From Paraspadella gotoi (lineage: Eukaryota > Animalia > Chaetognatha), in contig CM119266.1 of the NCBI GenBank assembly GCA_051294375.1, positions 12,129,180-12,193,179 on the forward strand: 64,000 nucleotides of DNA. The letters are read 5' to 3'. Under the pieces are notes generated by a model that saw nothing but the letters and a program-made list of their open reading frames with translations, made no database searches and was not told the origin of the DNA. The first letter of the stretch is position 1. Each line of letters opens with the position of its first letter. A program made the translations under genes and the position numbers. This document shows, in pieces, positions 27,998 to 41,686 of the stretch.

Positions 27998-29886
27998 NNN
28001 NNNNNNNNNNNNNNNNNNNNNNNNNNNNNNNNNNNNNNNNNNNNNNNNNNNNNNNNNNNNNNNNNNNNNNNNNNNNNNNNNNNNNNNNNNNNNNNNNNNN
28101 NNNNNNNNNNNNNNNNNNNNNNNNNNNNNNNNNNNNNNNNNNNNNNNNNNNNNNNNNNNNNNNNNNNNNNNNNNNNNNNNNNNNNNNNNNNNNNNNNNNN
28201 NNNNNNNNNNNNNNNNNNNNNNNNNNNNNNNNNNNNNNNNNNNNNNNNNNNNNNNNNNNNNNNNNNNNNNNNNNNNNNNNNNNNNNNNNNNNNNNNNNNN
28301 NNNNNNNNNNNNNNNNNNNNNNNNNNNNNNNNNNNNNNNNNNNNNNNNNNNNNNNNNNNNNNNNNNNNNNNNNNNNNNNNNNNNNNNNNNNNNNNNNNNN
28401 NNNNNNNNNNNNNNNNNNNNNNNNNNNNNNNNNNNNNNNNNNNNNNNNNNNNNNNNNNNNNNNNNNNNNNNNNNNNNNNNNNNNNNNNNNNNNNNCATAA
28501 CATAAAATTACCTGAATGCTCATAAAATACGACGTACTTCTTACTTAAAGCCCCCAACGTTTTCCGTCAATGGCGCAGCGCCATTTTTTTTTCACGCCAA
28601 GACTTTCAACATAATCAAAACAAAACATCTTCCTTAACCGTTGCGTCATCATCTTTACAACCGATATTACATTTTCAACCTCATCCTATCCCAACCGCTT
28701 ATCATTCTCTCCATCTCTATCCCGTTCTCTCTCCGTCTCTATCATCCTCTCCATCTCTATATATCCTCCTCATTTCCGCTCAGAGTCTCCTTAATCCTCT
28801 CTACTTTCATCCCTCGCATCTTTTTCATCCTCTCTACAACCCATTAAATTTGGAAAAGGACGGGAGATCCTCCATTCTTTTCTCTCTCTCCTTTTTAACT
28901 AATCTCTAAGAGAACTCTCTCTCTCTCTCTTCCCTTTTTGAATTCTGAATTCTCCACTCTCCAAGCTATCGCTTAACTTTTTTCTGAATTTTTTTTTTTT
29001 CGGTTTTTTGTTTTTTTTTTCTTTTTATTCTCATCTGCCCTGGAATATTTTTTAAACCTCTTTTTACATTTCGAATTAATTTTACAAAAAAAAACTCTTT
29101 TTCTGCCTAGAACCAAAGATGCGTATACTGTACTTGTTTAGTTCATTTACAGATTACAGTGGTGTAGTTTATATGGCTAAGTTTATTTATTTTATTATCA
29201 TTATCGTTTTAGGCCTGATTATTTCCCGATTGTTCTCGACAGTCTTGCTTATCTATGATGTTTCAATATAAACTATTATAAAGATAATTATGAATATTCT
29301 TTTTACTTAGTCTTGATACCAATTTCATTGAAAATGAGTATGATATATGACAACTCTTCTCGTATACCTTATTTTAAATCCTTGCAATTGAAGCACTGCT
29401 ACGCTCGATAAACAATACAAATCACCATCCTTAATTCATGAATGAACGAATCATTTTAGCTAAGATCTTCCTTATTCGATTATTTTGTTGTTCCATTACT
29501 ATTTTAAAATTAAAATCTCCTAATCAATAATTGATCATCAAAAAAAAACCAACAAATTATTCTGTTATTTTCTTTTTTCTACAAATATCTTACTCTTTCG
29601 AATTCCAACGCCTCACTTGACTCAATTCATCCACTTTCCTCTTTCCCCGCTTCTCTGCTCCTTTTTTTCCTTTTCCTCCCTTATCTCTTTCCCCAATCCT
29701 TTTTCCTCCACGCTTCTTTCCTTTCCTCCCGTCCATTTCATCTTATCTTTCCCGGACTCGTAACCCTTTTACCCGGCTCAGACTCGAACCCTCGTTTCAA
29801 ATCTGCTCAACCTTGAATCTTGATATTTTCTTCCCCCCATAGCGACAAGAGACGGAGTAAAAAAGACGACTCGCGCCGAGAGTTCC

Positions 29887-29925
<39 letters not shown>

Positions 29926-31194
29926 ATGCAGAATATCAAAGTGTAGGTTTTATTATCTAATTTGTTGACGAGGCTGTTCCCAAAAAAATTCTTAAAAGAA
30001 CTGTTCTTTTCCAGTTTCTCCTTCTTTGCTGTTCTTTTGCTTTTTCTCCTTCGCAAAAGAACATTTCTATACTGTACTCTCCTTCCTAAAAGAACTGTTC
30101 TTTTCCGTTTATTCCTTTGTAATATAACTGTTCTTTTCCTCTTTTTTTCTCCCTGAAAGTTGCCTCGTTTCATGTTTTTATGTTTCAACGATTCGCGATT
30201 CGTCTTTGCGTTTCTCCTCTACTTTCCTTTCGCGAAGAGAATTTTCTCAAACCGATAAATTACGATCGCATTCACTTCCTCTTCTTTGTTTTTTTTTTTT
30301 TTTTTTGCTTTTATTTGTTGCGCCGCGGAGCAACTGTATAAGTCACTTTTCGGTCGGTCGGTATATCTGTCCATCTGTCTGTCCCACTTACGTTGAAAAT
30401 GCTTATATTGTATTGTATTGTATCTATTCATACAGCAGGTCCGAGGACCATGGGCCACAGTGGTTTTACAAAAATAAAAAGCAGAAAACAGAGATTCAAG
30501 CAGATTTCCAGGAACTTGCATATAGTTGGTTGCTCATTTGTTAAGACAGGAAAAAACCTCAAATCTTAGAAACTGCTAGCACCGCCTTTAGGAAATAACA
30601 GACAAAAGACAAAATTCAGATGCAGTGCTTATCATAAATACATGAGCTAAGAAAGTTATGGTCGTCATGTCACGTCGTCATGTCATATAATGTCATGTTA
30701 CAAGAAACCCACGTCATTGCGGCGCAACACACTTTAATTACCGTTCTTGTTTTCTTTTATTTCTTTGTTTTCTATTTTTTTTTCTTTTTCCTTCNNNNNN
30801 NNNNNNNNNNNNNNNNNNNNNNNNNNNNNNNNNNNNNNNNNNNNNNNNNNNNNNNNNNNNNNNNNNNNNNNNNNNNNNNNNNNNNNNNNNNNNNNNNNNN
30901 NNNNNNNNNNNNNNNNNNNNNNNNNNNNNNNNNNNNNNNNNNNNNNNNNNNNNNNNNNNNNNNNNNNNNNNNNNNNNNNNNNNNNNNNNNNNNNNNNNNN
31001 NNNNNNNNNNNNNNNNNNNNNNNNNNNNNNNNNNNNNNNNNNNNNNNNNNNNNNNNNNNNNNNNNNNNNNNNNNNNNNNNNNNNNNNNNNNNNNNNNNTT
31101 TTCTTCATTCTCACCTTTCTTTCTCCACCTTTGTTTTTTTCCTCTCTTTCTTTTCTTCCTCCGACGAACGATCAAAGGAACTCAACGACAAATC

Positions 31195-31229
<35 letters not shown>

Positions 31230-31650
31230 NNNNNNNNNNNNNNNNNNNNNNNNNNNNNNNNNNNNNNNNNNNNNNNNNNNNNNNNNNNNNNNNNNNNNNN
31301 NNNNNNNNNNNNNNNNNNNNNNNNNNNNNNNNNNNNNNNNNNNNNNNNNNNNNNNNNNNNNNNNNNNNNNNNNNNNNNNNNNNNNNNNNNNNNNNNNNNN
31401 NNNNNNNNNNNNNNNNNNNNNNNNNNNNNNNNNNNNNNNNNNNNNNNNNNNNNNNNNNNNNAGAAAAATCCCGCCTCAAATCGGCTTTAGAATAATGAAG
31501 AAAATATGTATGAAAAAAAAGGAAGAAAAATATTGTCTACAAATAAATGGACGACGTCAACAATATTTTGCCAATTCTTTATCTTTTTTTTTCTCATACT
31601 CATTTTTTTTCCTCATACTTATCGTCGCACATTGTCTTTCCGTGAATCGT
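21265..31650 (+). repeat. Direct ~3-kb duplication: 21265-24307 vs 28495-31650 (second copy gapped)
   Basis: Collinear matches from cataacataaaattacctga through tgtctttccgtgaatcgt. Copy 1 ends exactly at the 25-N gap at 24308. Confidence 0.9.
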
Positions 31651-33102
31651 TTCTAAACAGTCTCATAGTTGTTTACCGAATCGCTATCAACTCCGATCTT
31701 CCAAATCGTAGGAGTATTTAATCCGAACGTTGTCTCGTATATCGTTGCTCATGTTCTTTGCCACTTTGCTCTTTAACCCTTGTTCCCTCCTCCTCTTCCT
31801 CCTCCGCCTTTCCCTCCTTCTCTTCCTCCTCCTCATTCTCCCTCCCACCGCGGTTCGGGTCATTAGCATTCAATGTTTTTCTGACCCCAAACTTGATAAT
31901 TTCTTTTTCTGCGGAGAACCGCGCNNNNNNNNNNNNNNNNNNNNNNNNNNNNNNNNNNNNNNNNNNNNNNNNNNNNNNNNNNNNNNNNNNNNNNNNNNNN
32001 NNNNNNNNNNNNNNNNNNNNNNNNNNNNNNNNNNNNNNNNNNNNNNNNNNNNNNNNNNNNNNNNNNNNNNNNNNNNNNNNNNNNNNNNNNNNNNNNNNNN
32101 NNNNNNNNNNNNNNNNNNNNNNNNNNNNNNNNNNNNNAAAAAAAAAAGAAAGAAAAAGAAAAATCTTCGACGTCTATTTCCGGGAATTGCGGAAATCGCG
32201 ACCGCGAGAGCGGGCGACGCGCGCCTCTCGTGATCTTTGCGTGCACGCTCGCGGGAATAGAGAAAATAAAAAGTGCGTGCGCGCGAGTGTGTGAAATCGC
32301 ACGCAAGCTCGAATCACTTGTTATCGCTTCGATAAAATGTAAAGAAAGATCCTTTGTTCGCGCACGTTGCTGATGCGCGCACATTTTACGCGCGCCGGTG
32401 GCGCCGGGGAAGCGAAAACGAGACGAGAAGCTGTCGGCGCCGCCATATGCGCGCGTCAGGACGCGCTCCATCTGCGCGCGTTGACGCGAGGCGGCCGACG
32501 CCACGTGAGAGATTTTTATCGCGAGAAAAAAAAAAGCGGGAAAACAAATCCGGGAGAACAACGCGTCTTTGTTGTAGGAAGAACTAGTCTTGCGGCGCGA
32601 AAATCCACGCGAAGACGACGACGACGAAGACGACGACGATGATGACGATCACGATGATTACGACGACGACAACAATTAGGACGATAACTTTTGCGAAGAT
32701 GAAGACGACGACGACGAAATGCGAGAAAACGAGAACTAAGATCGATGACGACTAAAAATCTGAGTCGAGAACCAAATACGTTTGAAAGTAGGTAAGGTTG
32801 CTCGCCGAGATTTTGTTTAAAAGGTATCANNNNNNNNNNTTTTTGTTAGTTTTGTCTAGAGTGACGTTTTCTTTTAAACAGAGTAATTTACAAGTTGAAG
32901 CAACGACAGTCGTACTTTAATGGTAGAGTCGCGCTTGCGATCTGAATGGAGGTGTCGAGTTTAATGCATATTTAGCTAACACGATGCGTGTAAATGAATC
33001 ATGACGTTTCTGTACAGATAAAACCGCTCAGCGCAGCGATAAATAACGGTTTATTCTCGGGTACTATTCAAAAGCTGCGGCTCCCAACAACAATGGAAAA
33101 AA

Positions 33103-33137
<35 letters not shown>

Positions 33138-33608
33138 GGCTCGACAAATGGAAAAATAAGGAAAGGAGAGGGAGAAGAGGAGATGGGAGAGAGAGAGAGG
33201 GAGAGACTAATGGAGAAATTTTTATTATCCCTCCTCTGAAATTACGAGAATTAAATTTAGAATTTTTTTTAGTACTCACCTCGTTTCGAACGACACGAAA
33301 AAAAGGTAATTACCCTCGAAATAGATACTATAAGAAGATATTAAAAAGTAATAATATTTGGATTCTATGCCTAATAGGTCTTTTATAACTTTCGCCATCA
33401 TATCGAGATATATCCTGGCATAATAATTGCCCGATATAATTATAAGAGAAGCAAATCTGATAAGCTTTATGAGTCACTTGTCACATATTTATAAAAGGAT
33501 CTTACGCCGAGTTTCCATTTCTTTAAGAGAGAATTCAATACTTTATAAAATAAAAACTTTCTTTGAAAACAGTGCAAATAAATATTTCTACACTTTGAAA
33601 AACCACAG

Positions 33609-33647
<39 letters not shown>

Positions 33648-34439
33648 AAGATAGAGAGAGAGAAAGAGAGTGAGAGAGAGAGAGAAAGAGAGAATGAATT
33701 TAATCGAATCAAGCTACTATATAAGCTATTTACTTCAATTAAGTCATCGAGTGGACGATGGGCGTCTGAATGGCGAGAGGAGCCGTCCGATAGAGGGCGT
33801 CCGGTTGGACAAAGGAGAAGGAGGCAATGGCGGCGATGACGTCAATATTTATTAAAACAATAGTTCGTCTTTAATCAAACGACGAATTTTAAACCACTAA
33901 GAATAACTAAGATAACCTAAAAATATTCTTTAAATACCAAGTCCTAGAAACCAATAGAAGTCGCAGCAATAATACTCAAGACTTCGACCTGACCTAGCAA
34001 CATCTCTTCTTTCTTTTTTGCTTCCTTGTTTTTCTTATTTCCTCCCTCCACTCATCTTTGTTCTTTCTTTTTTTCTACTTCTTTTTTCTTTCATCTTTCT
34101 CTCTTCGTCTTCCTTTCATTTATTTCTTTCTCCTTGTACTTCCTCTACTCCTTTTCGTTCATCAACTTCCTTCATCTTTATCTATTTGCGTTCTTCTTCT
34201 TTTTCTCCTTCTCTTTCTACCTCCTCTCTTTCTCTATCTTTGTCTCTTTCTCCCTTTCATCTCCTTCTCCCCAAGAGAGAGAGAGAGAGAGAGAGAGCAC
34301 GAAGCAGCGCCAAACGAATCCCTCCGAATCAGCACGAGACTCAAAAAAAAAAAAAAAATCTTTAAGGAAGATTCGTTTTTCGCCTCGAATCGTTTTCACC
34401 TGAAGCCAAAGATTCTCACTCCAAGTCAACGACCCCCAT

Positions 34440-34915
34440 GACGCTCACTCGATGACGACGACGATGACGACGACGACGAGGACGAGCGACGACGACAGGG
34501 AACTCAATGACGACATTGACCTACGATCAGAACAAACGATGATCGGGACGAACGACGGTAACGACGATGACGGACGACAACCATGACGACTATGACGAAG
34601 ATAACAACTATATTAACGTCGACGAATAACGATGAAAATAACGAATATCAAAAACAACAATGACTGCAGCTACAACGACGATGACGACGGTGATGACAAA
34701 GATGACATCGACGACAACAAATGACTTGAACGATGACGAACGACGACGTCGACTAATGACGATGACGGCGAACGACGACCATGGGCTTGATGACGTTGAC
34801 GATTTGAGGGAATGGGAAGACGATAACGAATTTGACGAAAAGGAAAAAAAAAAGTGACGACGAAATCTAAGAAGAGCGAAACTCGAAACGACGACGACAA
34901 TAACGACGATGACAC
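34440..34915. repeat. Degenerate (GAC/GAT/AAC)n low-complexity tract
   Basis: Dense GAC/GAT/AAC triplets with phase shifts. Confidence 0.8.
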
Positions 34916-37009
34916 CCTCGACACGAGTTTAAGGCTCAAGAGGGCCCCGCCTTCGCCCACGACCTTTGACCTCCTCGAGGACGATCGCCCACGCGAAGGC
35001 CAATCTCCCCACGATTGCTCGAACGATCGAAGACCCAAACTAGGTCTTCGGCCAACAGAAAAAAAATACGATGTCGAACATTTTGGTTTTCTTGTCGCCG
35101 CCGAATCACATATAAATATTTCTTCAAAAAAAAAAAAAAATAAGAAAAAAAGAATTCACTCAATCCTTTCACCCTCCCTCCTTTCGTTGTGATACATAAA
35201 ACAAAAATCAAGGATTCGAATTTCCCGCTCGAAATCTCAGCCGTGGGATTTCGTTTCAACTACGCGGATCAAATCGAATCACTCAAGCGCCGTCCCCCGA
35301 GCGCGCTCTCTNNNNNNNNNNNNNNNNNNNNNNNNNNNNNNNNNNNNNNNNNNNNNNNNNNNNNNNNNNNNNNNNNNNNNNNNNNNNNNNNNNNNNNNNN
35401 NNNNNNNNNNNNNNNNNNNNNNNNNNNNNNNNNNNNNNNNNNNNNNNNNNNNNNNNNNNNNNNNNNNNNNNNNNNNNNNNNNNNNNNNNNNNNNNNNNNN
35501 NNNNNNNNNNNNNNNNNNNNNNNNNNNNNNNNNNNNNNNNNNNNNNNNNNNNNNNNNNNNNNNNNNNNNNNNNNNNNNNNNNNNNNNNNNNNNNNNNNNN
35601 NNNNNNNNNNNNNNNTTTTTTTCTCCTCTTTTCAGATAAAAAAACCGGAGCCCTCTTAAGTCAACCGCCTTCTTCTCTCGCGCCATCTGCTCTGACACCG
35701 TTTGACGCGGCGTCAACCCCGACGTCAAACCGACGCCATCCGGTCTAACGCAGTCAACGGCGGTCGACCCCGTTAGCTTCGACCCCGCCTACGCTTTAAA
35801 CGCCGCCCACACTAGCGACGCCGCCCACACGTCGGGCGCCACTTTGTACTCTTCTCAACGCCCACGCCCTTCGACGCCGCCTACACTAAACGGCGCCACC
35901 CAACGACAACGTCGACGCCCACGCGTCTTCCGCACGCGTTTTTTTTAAAGAGTCGCCAAGAAGTCGACAAGATTTAGAAACTTCACGGTTCGAAATTTAA
36001 AAATCAATTTTGTATCGAAAGATTGAGGAAAAACAGCGATAATAAAAATTATAGGAATTAAATTTCTAAAAAAACAAAACTACTACATTTCGTTTTTTCT
36101 GGATTTTTCAAACTTTTTACGTACGGTTTAACCCATCATAATCATCATCCCTACAATTTTATCGACGTCATCCCTATTTAGTTGTCCACGAGGGGTCGTC
36201 GTGACATTAACGATGAACTTCCTATTTCCTGTGATCGAAACAAAAGTCAAATCAAGCGAAATAAAGCGAAAATAAAGCTGAAAAAAGCGACGCTTCAAGC
36301 TGTGACAAACATCTCCGTCGATCTGACCCGCTAAATGTCTCGACGGACCACNNNNNNNNNNNNNNNNNNNNNNNNNNNNNNNNNNNNNNNNNNNNNNNNN
36401 NNNNNNNNNNNNNNNNNNNNNNNNNNNNNNNNNNNNNNNNNNNNNNNNNNNNNNNNNNNNNNNNNNNNNNNNNNNNNNNNNNNNNNNNNNNNNNNNNNNN
36501 NNNNNNNNNNNNNNNNNNNNNNNNNNNNNNNNNNNNNNNNNNNNNNNNNNNNNNNNNNNNNNNNNNNNNNNNNNNNNNNNNNNNNNNNNNNNNNNNNNNN
36601 NNNNNNNNNNNNNNNNNNNNNNNNNNNNNNNNNNNNNNNNNNNNNNNNNNNNNNNNNNNNNNNNNNNNNNNNNNNNNNNNNNNNNNNNNNNNNNNNNNNN
36701 NNNNNNNNNNNNNNNNNNNNNNNNNNNNNNNNNNNNNNNNNNNNNNNNNNNNNNNNNNNNNNNNNNNNNNNNNNNNNNNNNNNNNNNNNNNNNNNNNNNN
36801 NNNNNNNNNNNNTCCTTTTATTTTATTTTCCGAATTAATTGTTTTCTCATGTGTCTCTTCAATGTCTTATTCTTTCAATCAACAACCTGTTTTTATTTCC
36901 GATTCCCGTTTTTTTTTTGTTTGGAATTTCCCTCATCCTTTTTCTCTTTCTCTTCATCTCTTTTCTTTCCATTCCTTCCTCTTCTCCCCGCCATCTTGTT
37001 TGTTGTTCC

Positions 37010-37043
<34 letters not shown>

Positions 37044-37914
37044 CATCCATCAGTCATCTCATCCTCATCTTCTCATCTTCTCTCTCCTCACATTACTCAT
37101 TTTATCTTCTATACATCCGCGACTTTTCATTCTTTTCTCGTTTTCTAATCCTCGCATATTGTGGAAAACAAGATCAGAATAACCAAATAACACTGACTCT
37201 CCTCTCTCTCTCGCATCTTCCCTCTTTCTGTCTCTGCGCCGGCCCTCTTCTGTTCTATCACTTCTTCTATTTTCCATTCAATCACACCTCCGCTTGCCAT
37301 CTCGGCTTTATTCCTCTCAGTAAATCATCTTCTTTTCTTCCTCTCTTTCTCTCAATCGTCTCATCAATCTCTCGTTCACATCACTCAGTCCTTTTCCTCC
37401 CTGTCATTTCCGGTTGATTTCGGCCTCCGAAAGTCGGACTCATGAAAACGTTATGAGCTTCAAATCGCCACTCGCCTCATATATTATATCTGTTCTCTCT
37501 GTTATATATATAAAAAAAAAAAAATCGGAGAGAAAACATAGTGACCACGACTCGGTGGAATTCTAATGTTTAATTCATTTTAACACCATTCTTTTTATTT
37601 GATAAAAGTTGTTCTCATTCTATACATTATTCAAACTTAAACGGTCAACATGCTGGTGGGCCGCATGAACCATCATGACCCACTTTAAAGGTCAGGTCAA
37701 CGTCCTCTAAATCGCGTCATGCTCTTACGAAAAACAAATGATACACTTAAAACACTTCGGGACGCGCCCCATTCCAGATTGTCATAGTTTTACCACCCCC
37801 GCCACTCCCCAACACCACCTCACCCCCATCATAACCTCCACTTTGAGAAGCTTTTTCCCCCTCGACTTTCGACCTCAAGAATAACCGCCTCTTTTTTTCC
37901 CCGCGAAAGAATCG

Positions 37915-38095
37915 CAGAGGTCGACGACAGAGGGCGATCGTCTCTCCTAAATTGTTGACAGAGGACGATATCGTATTTTTGTTAAAACGACAGAGGGCGA
38001 TCGCCTTTTCACGTCTTTTGATGACAAAAGGCCATCGTTTCACCTTACATTGAAAGATCGCCCGTTCTTAATAATTAACAGATGACGATTACCTA
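37915..38095. repeat. Degenerate ~32-bp-period repeat with core GACAGAGGRCGATCG
   Basis: Cores near 37926, 37957, 37989 and 38023, with weaker copies near 38053, 38078 and 38283. Confidence 0.65.
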
Positions 38096-38508
38096 TCTTT
38101 GATAATGAGTACGGTCGGCACTTCTGGATATTGCGGACAGAAGTCATTGCCCTCTTCTCAAGTCTTTTTGCTTTTTTGTCATGAAGATCCATTGCCATTT
38201 TTTTAAGAAATTACGATCGTCTTTTATAATTATGTTATTATTTGCACACGACAAAAGACAATAGCTTCTCCATCCCAATACCAAAGGACGATCGCCTCCA
38301 TTCTCTCGACGATTCAGGAACTTCAGTCTCCTTTTTCTCTTATCTTCCTTCCCTTCCCTTCGATTCCAGCGCCCGAACACTCAGACCCTATTAATCCTTG
38401 ATGGTTCGTGTATCGCGCTCGTCGAAACTCCATTTGTCCCTCTCTTTCCCTCTGATGCCCGTTACAACACCCCTTTTGACTTCTTATCGGCTCTTTCAGC
38501 CTTTCTGG

Positions 38509-38541
<33 letters not shown>

Positions 38542-38702
38542 TTTTTTTCTTTCTTTTTGCATCATCATATCTCCTTTTTCCCTGCTCTTCTTTCGAGTTA
38601 GATGATAACCAAGAATGTGGATGTCACAACAAAAAAATAAATAGTATCTTCGTTCCCTTTCACTTTTTCAATCTCTCACTCTCTCACTCATCACTTCTCT
38701 CA

Positions 38703-38755
<53 letters not shown>

Positions 38756-40042
38756 TTTTTCTCTCTCTCGCTTCCCTACCATTTTTTCCCTTCGCACTCC
38801 CACTCATTCATCTCTTCTCACTTCTGAGACTCATCTACTCCATATAAATTCAAGTTCTTTTTCTTCTCTTCACCCAACGACTAGCTTCCCCTCTGCCTTT
38901 TCAAACCCATTCCTCATCTCGCCGTACGTCTACCCGCGACTCGTGGTCGTTACCCAACCTCTACCCGGTGCTTTTCGCATAATAAAGTCTCTCGCTATCA
39001 ATCAGAAGTCTCTCTTCTCATCTCCCTCTCTCTCCTACCCTCTCTCTCTCTCTCCCTCTCCTCTTCTTTCTCTCTCTCTTTCTCTCTCCTCTCTCTCCTC
39101 TCTCTCTCTCTTCTCTTCCTCTCTCCTCTCTTCTCCTCCTCTCTCTCTCTCTCTCGGCTTTTAAATCATTTCGTCGGAAACCCTATTGAAGCATAACTGC
39201 TTCTTTTTCTTGACGTCTGTGGAGTCGCAATATCAGTTTGGATTTGTCCTTTCTTTTTCTTTTTTTCTTTCTTTCTTTCTTTTTCTTTCTTTTTCTTTCT
39301 CTTTACTTCTCTTTCTTTCTTCTTTCTTTCTTTCTTTTTTCTTTCTTTATTTCTCTCTTTATTCATTCTTTCTTTTCCTTTCTACTTCTTCTTTTTATAT
39401 TATTCTCTTCTTGATTCGATCCGTCTACATCCGTCTTTCGCAATCTGTCAGCGCCCTTTTCTCAAAAAATATTATTAGCTCAGCAAAACGTAAGTCCAGT
39501 TGTGTCAGATTAGTTTCTATACTTACGAGTAACTGTTCTTTACAATGAATCAATTTACTTTACTTCTGTTTTAAAATAACTTGATTTACTATCACATCCT
39601 CTTTTCTCCCTTGCAAAACCGTCCCCGCTATGTATGTAAGTGTTTTGGGCTTCTCTCTATCCCTGCTTTTTTTCTGATTCCTCCCCCTCTCTCTCTCCTC
39701 TCTCTTCTCTCTCTCTCTCTCTTCCCTCTCTCTCCTCTCTCTCTCCCTCTTCTTTCTCGTCTTTGTCTTTTTCTTTCAATTCTTCCTATTTATTCTCATT
39801 TTATTCATCTCAACTCATAAATTGATATTTTTCTTTCTAATGTTTTTATTTTCTGGAATCTCTCATCTATATAACCTTCCCCGTTGTAGTTTTATTACAT
39901 TTTTTTAAAATTATTTTTTTTCTTTTCTAACTTCATTCCTTATTTGGCTCTCACCTTGCAATCATCTAACTAGTAATTCTCATTTTCTTCGTCACTATCG
40001 GTGAGACAAAGAAAGTTCTGTGCCACAATCTTCTTGCAGACA

Positions 40043-40666
40043 TTGTAGCAATTGAATTCCTTTCTCCCATCCCGTTTTAACATTCCATTTCCTAATTCCC
40101 AATTTTGTAGCGATTGAATTCCTATCTCCCATCCCGTTTTAACATTCCATTTCCTACCTTCCCAATATTGTAGCGATTGAATTCCTTTCTCCCATCCCTG
40201 TAAGCGAGCTAAATGGTCCTAAAATAATAGTAAACTTAGCTCTAGTAGTATTCCCAATAAACATACCAATTAACTTACTTGTTGAATAAGAGATGCTAAC
40301 TTGCTATGGTAGCCGACTCTGTTCCAAGTCAAAGCATAGAATTCATCCTGAAGCTTTAAACTATAATTGAATTACCTAAGAGTGGGTTCCAATAAGAATA
40401 TTTATAAGTTAGTTTAATTGATAATTATTATTAATAAATGTCCCAAACTCTCTAATAAATTATTATCATCAATAGCTACTCTAATGACAAAAGTGAATTT
40501 GTGAAATTAGAACATGAAATGACACAGGAACAGAGTTTATGACAAGTCAATGTCAATACGACAATATGCAAATGAGATTGATGAACTCAATCTCATTCTT
40601 GGTTGTATCAAAAGTTCCTTCCTTATATCCCGTTTTAACATTCCATTTCCTACCTTTCCAATTTTG
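40043..40666. repeat. 62-63-bp minisatellite (units at 40043, 40105, 40168); the third unit is split by a ~430-bp insertion
   Basis: Unit ttgtagcgattgaattcctttctcccatcccgttttaacattccatttcctaccttcccaat; the remainder of unit 3 resumes at 40627. Confidence 0.85.
40199..40626 (+). mobile_element. Unclassified insertion into the minisatellite, possible ATCCC target-site duplication
   Basis: Flanked by ATCCC (40194-40198 and 40627-40631). Removing the insert and one ATCCC restores a repeat unit. It starts TGTAAG and contains an 11-bp-stem hairpin at 40571-40597. Confidence 0.4.
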
Positions 40667-40822
40667 GGTCAGGTTCTCATCCGTCATAGTTTTTCCTTTC
40701 CTCCCCGATGCCCGTTTGGTCTCTTCGTTCTGTTTTTGTTTGGCTTTTTTTCTTTCTTTCTGAAAGAGAGGCTATGATTAGGTAATGCAGAAAGAATCGA
40801 AGAGAGAGAGAGAAAGAGAGAG

Positions 40823-40854
<32 letters not shown>

Positions 40855-41606
40855 GAGAGAGAGAGAAGAGAGAGAGGAGAGAGAGGTGGAGAATGGGAGG
40901 TGAAGGAGCAGGAGGAAGAGGAGGAGGTGAGGAGAGTCGGACCCTTGGATTAAATCAAATTAGCCTCCGGAGGAGGAGGAGGAGGAGAGGAGGAGGAAGA
41001 AGAGGAGGAGGAAGAGGAATGAAATGGGGAGAGGATTTTATGAGAGCAGGACTAAAGGCAACACAGAATATTATGGAAGAAGAACAGCAATAATTTTCGG
41101 GAAATGGGAAATTGGAAAGAACGCAACGTTTCCCTTCTGAACGCGGTTGCGACGGGCGCGTTAATTATGAATTTTTTTTTCCCTTCTAAATAAAGTGGAG
41201 TAATTTTGATTAGGTTGTTCGTTTTTATTTACTTTAAACTATAAATTTACATTGAACCGGAAAATTTATTTGAGAAAAATCTTTGATTGTTTGGGAACTC
41301 GGTGCACAAAATTTACAAGTTGCAACAATTGAGAAGCATTCATTTAAATACCAGGGCGTTTTAGAGTAAAATGAAGTACAGGGCGAGAAAGGGAGGAGAG
41401 GTTTTTTAAATTATCCGTCGCGGAATCGAAAGGCGTCGGACCGAAGAGGAGAAAAGCGCTGAGAAAAGGTTGGAGGCGGCGGCGGGGGGGGGGGGGAGGA
41501 GAAAAACTTTGAAAAAAAAGTAAACAGATAAACAGAACGGGGAACGAGGAATAACAAGTAGGGAAGAGAAGAGGATAATGGGGCAGAAAACAGCCCGGGA
41601 AAAAGA

Positions 41607-41686
<80 letters not shown>

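Noticed and set aside
25281-33281. Strong minus-strand splice donors at ~25286 and ~33278 as parts of one gene
   Set aside because: Comparable donor motifs occur on the plus strand too, and I could not link them to coding exons.
40199-40610. Canonical solo LTR (TG...CA)
   Set aside because: The TG...CA boundaries have no matching target-site duplication, and no PBS or PPT is visible.
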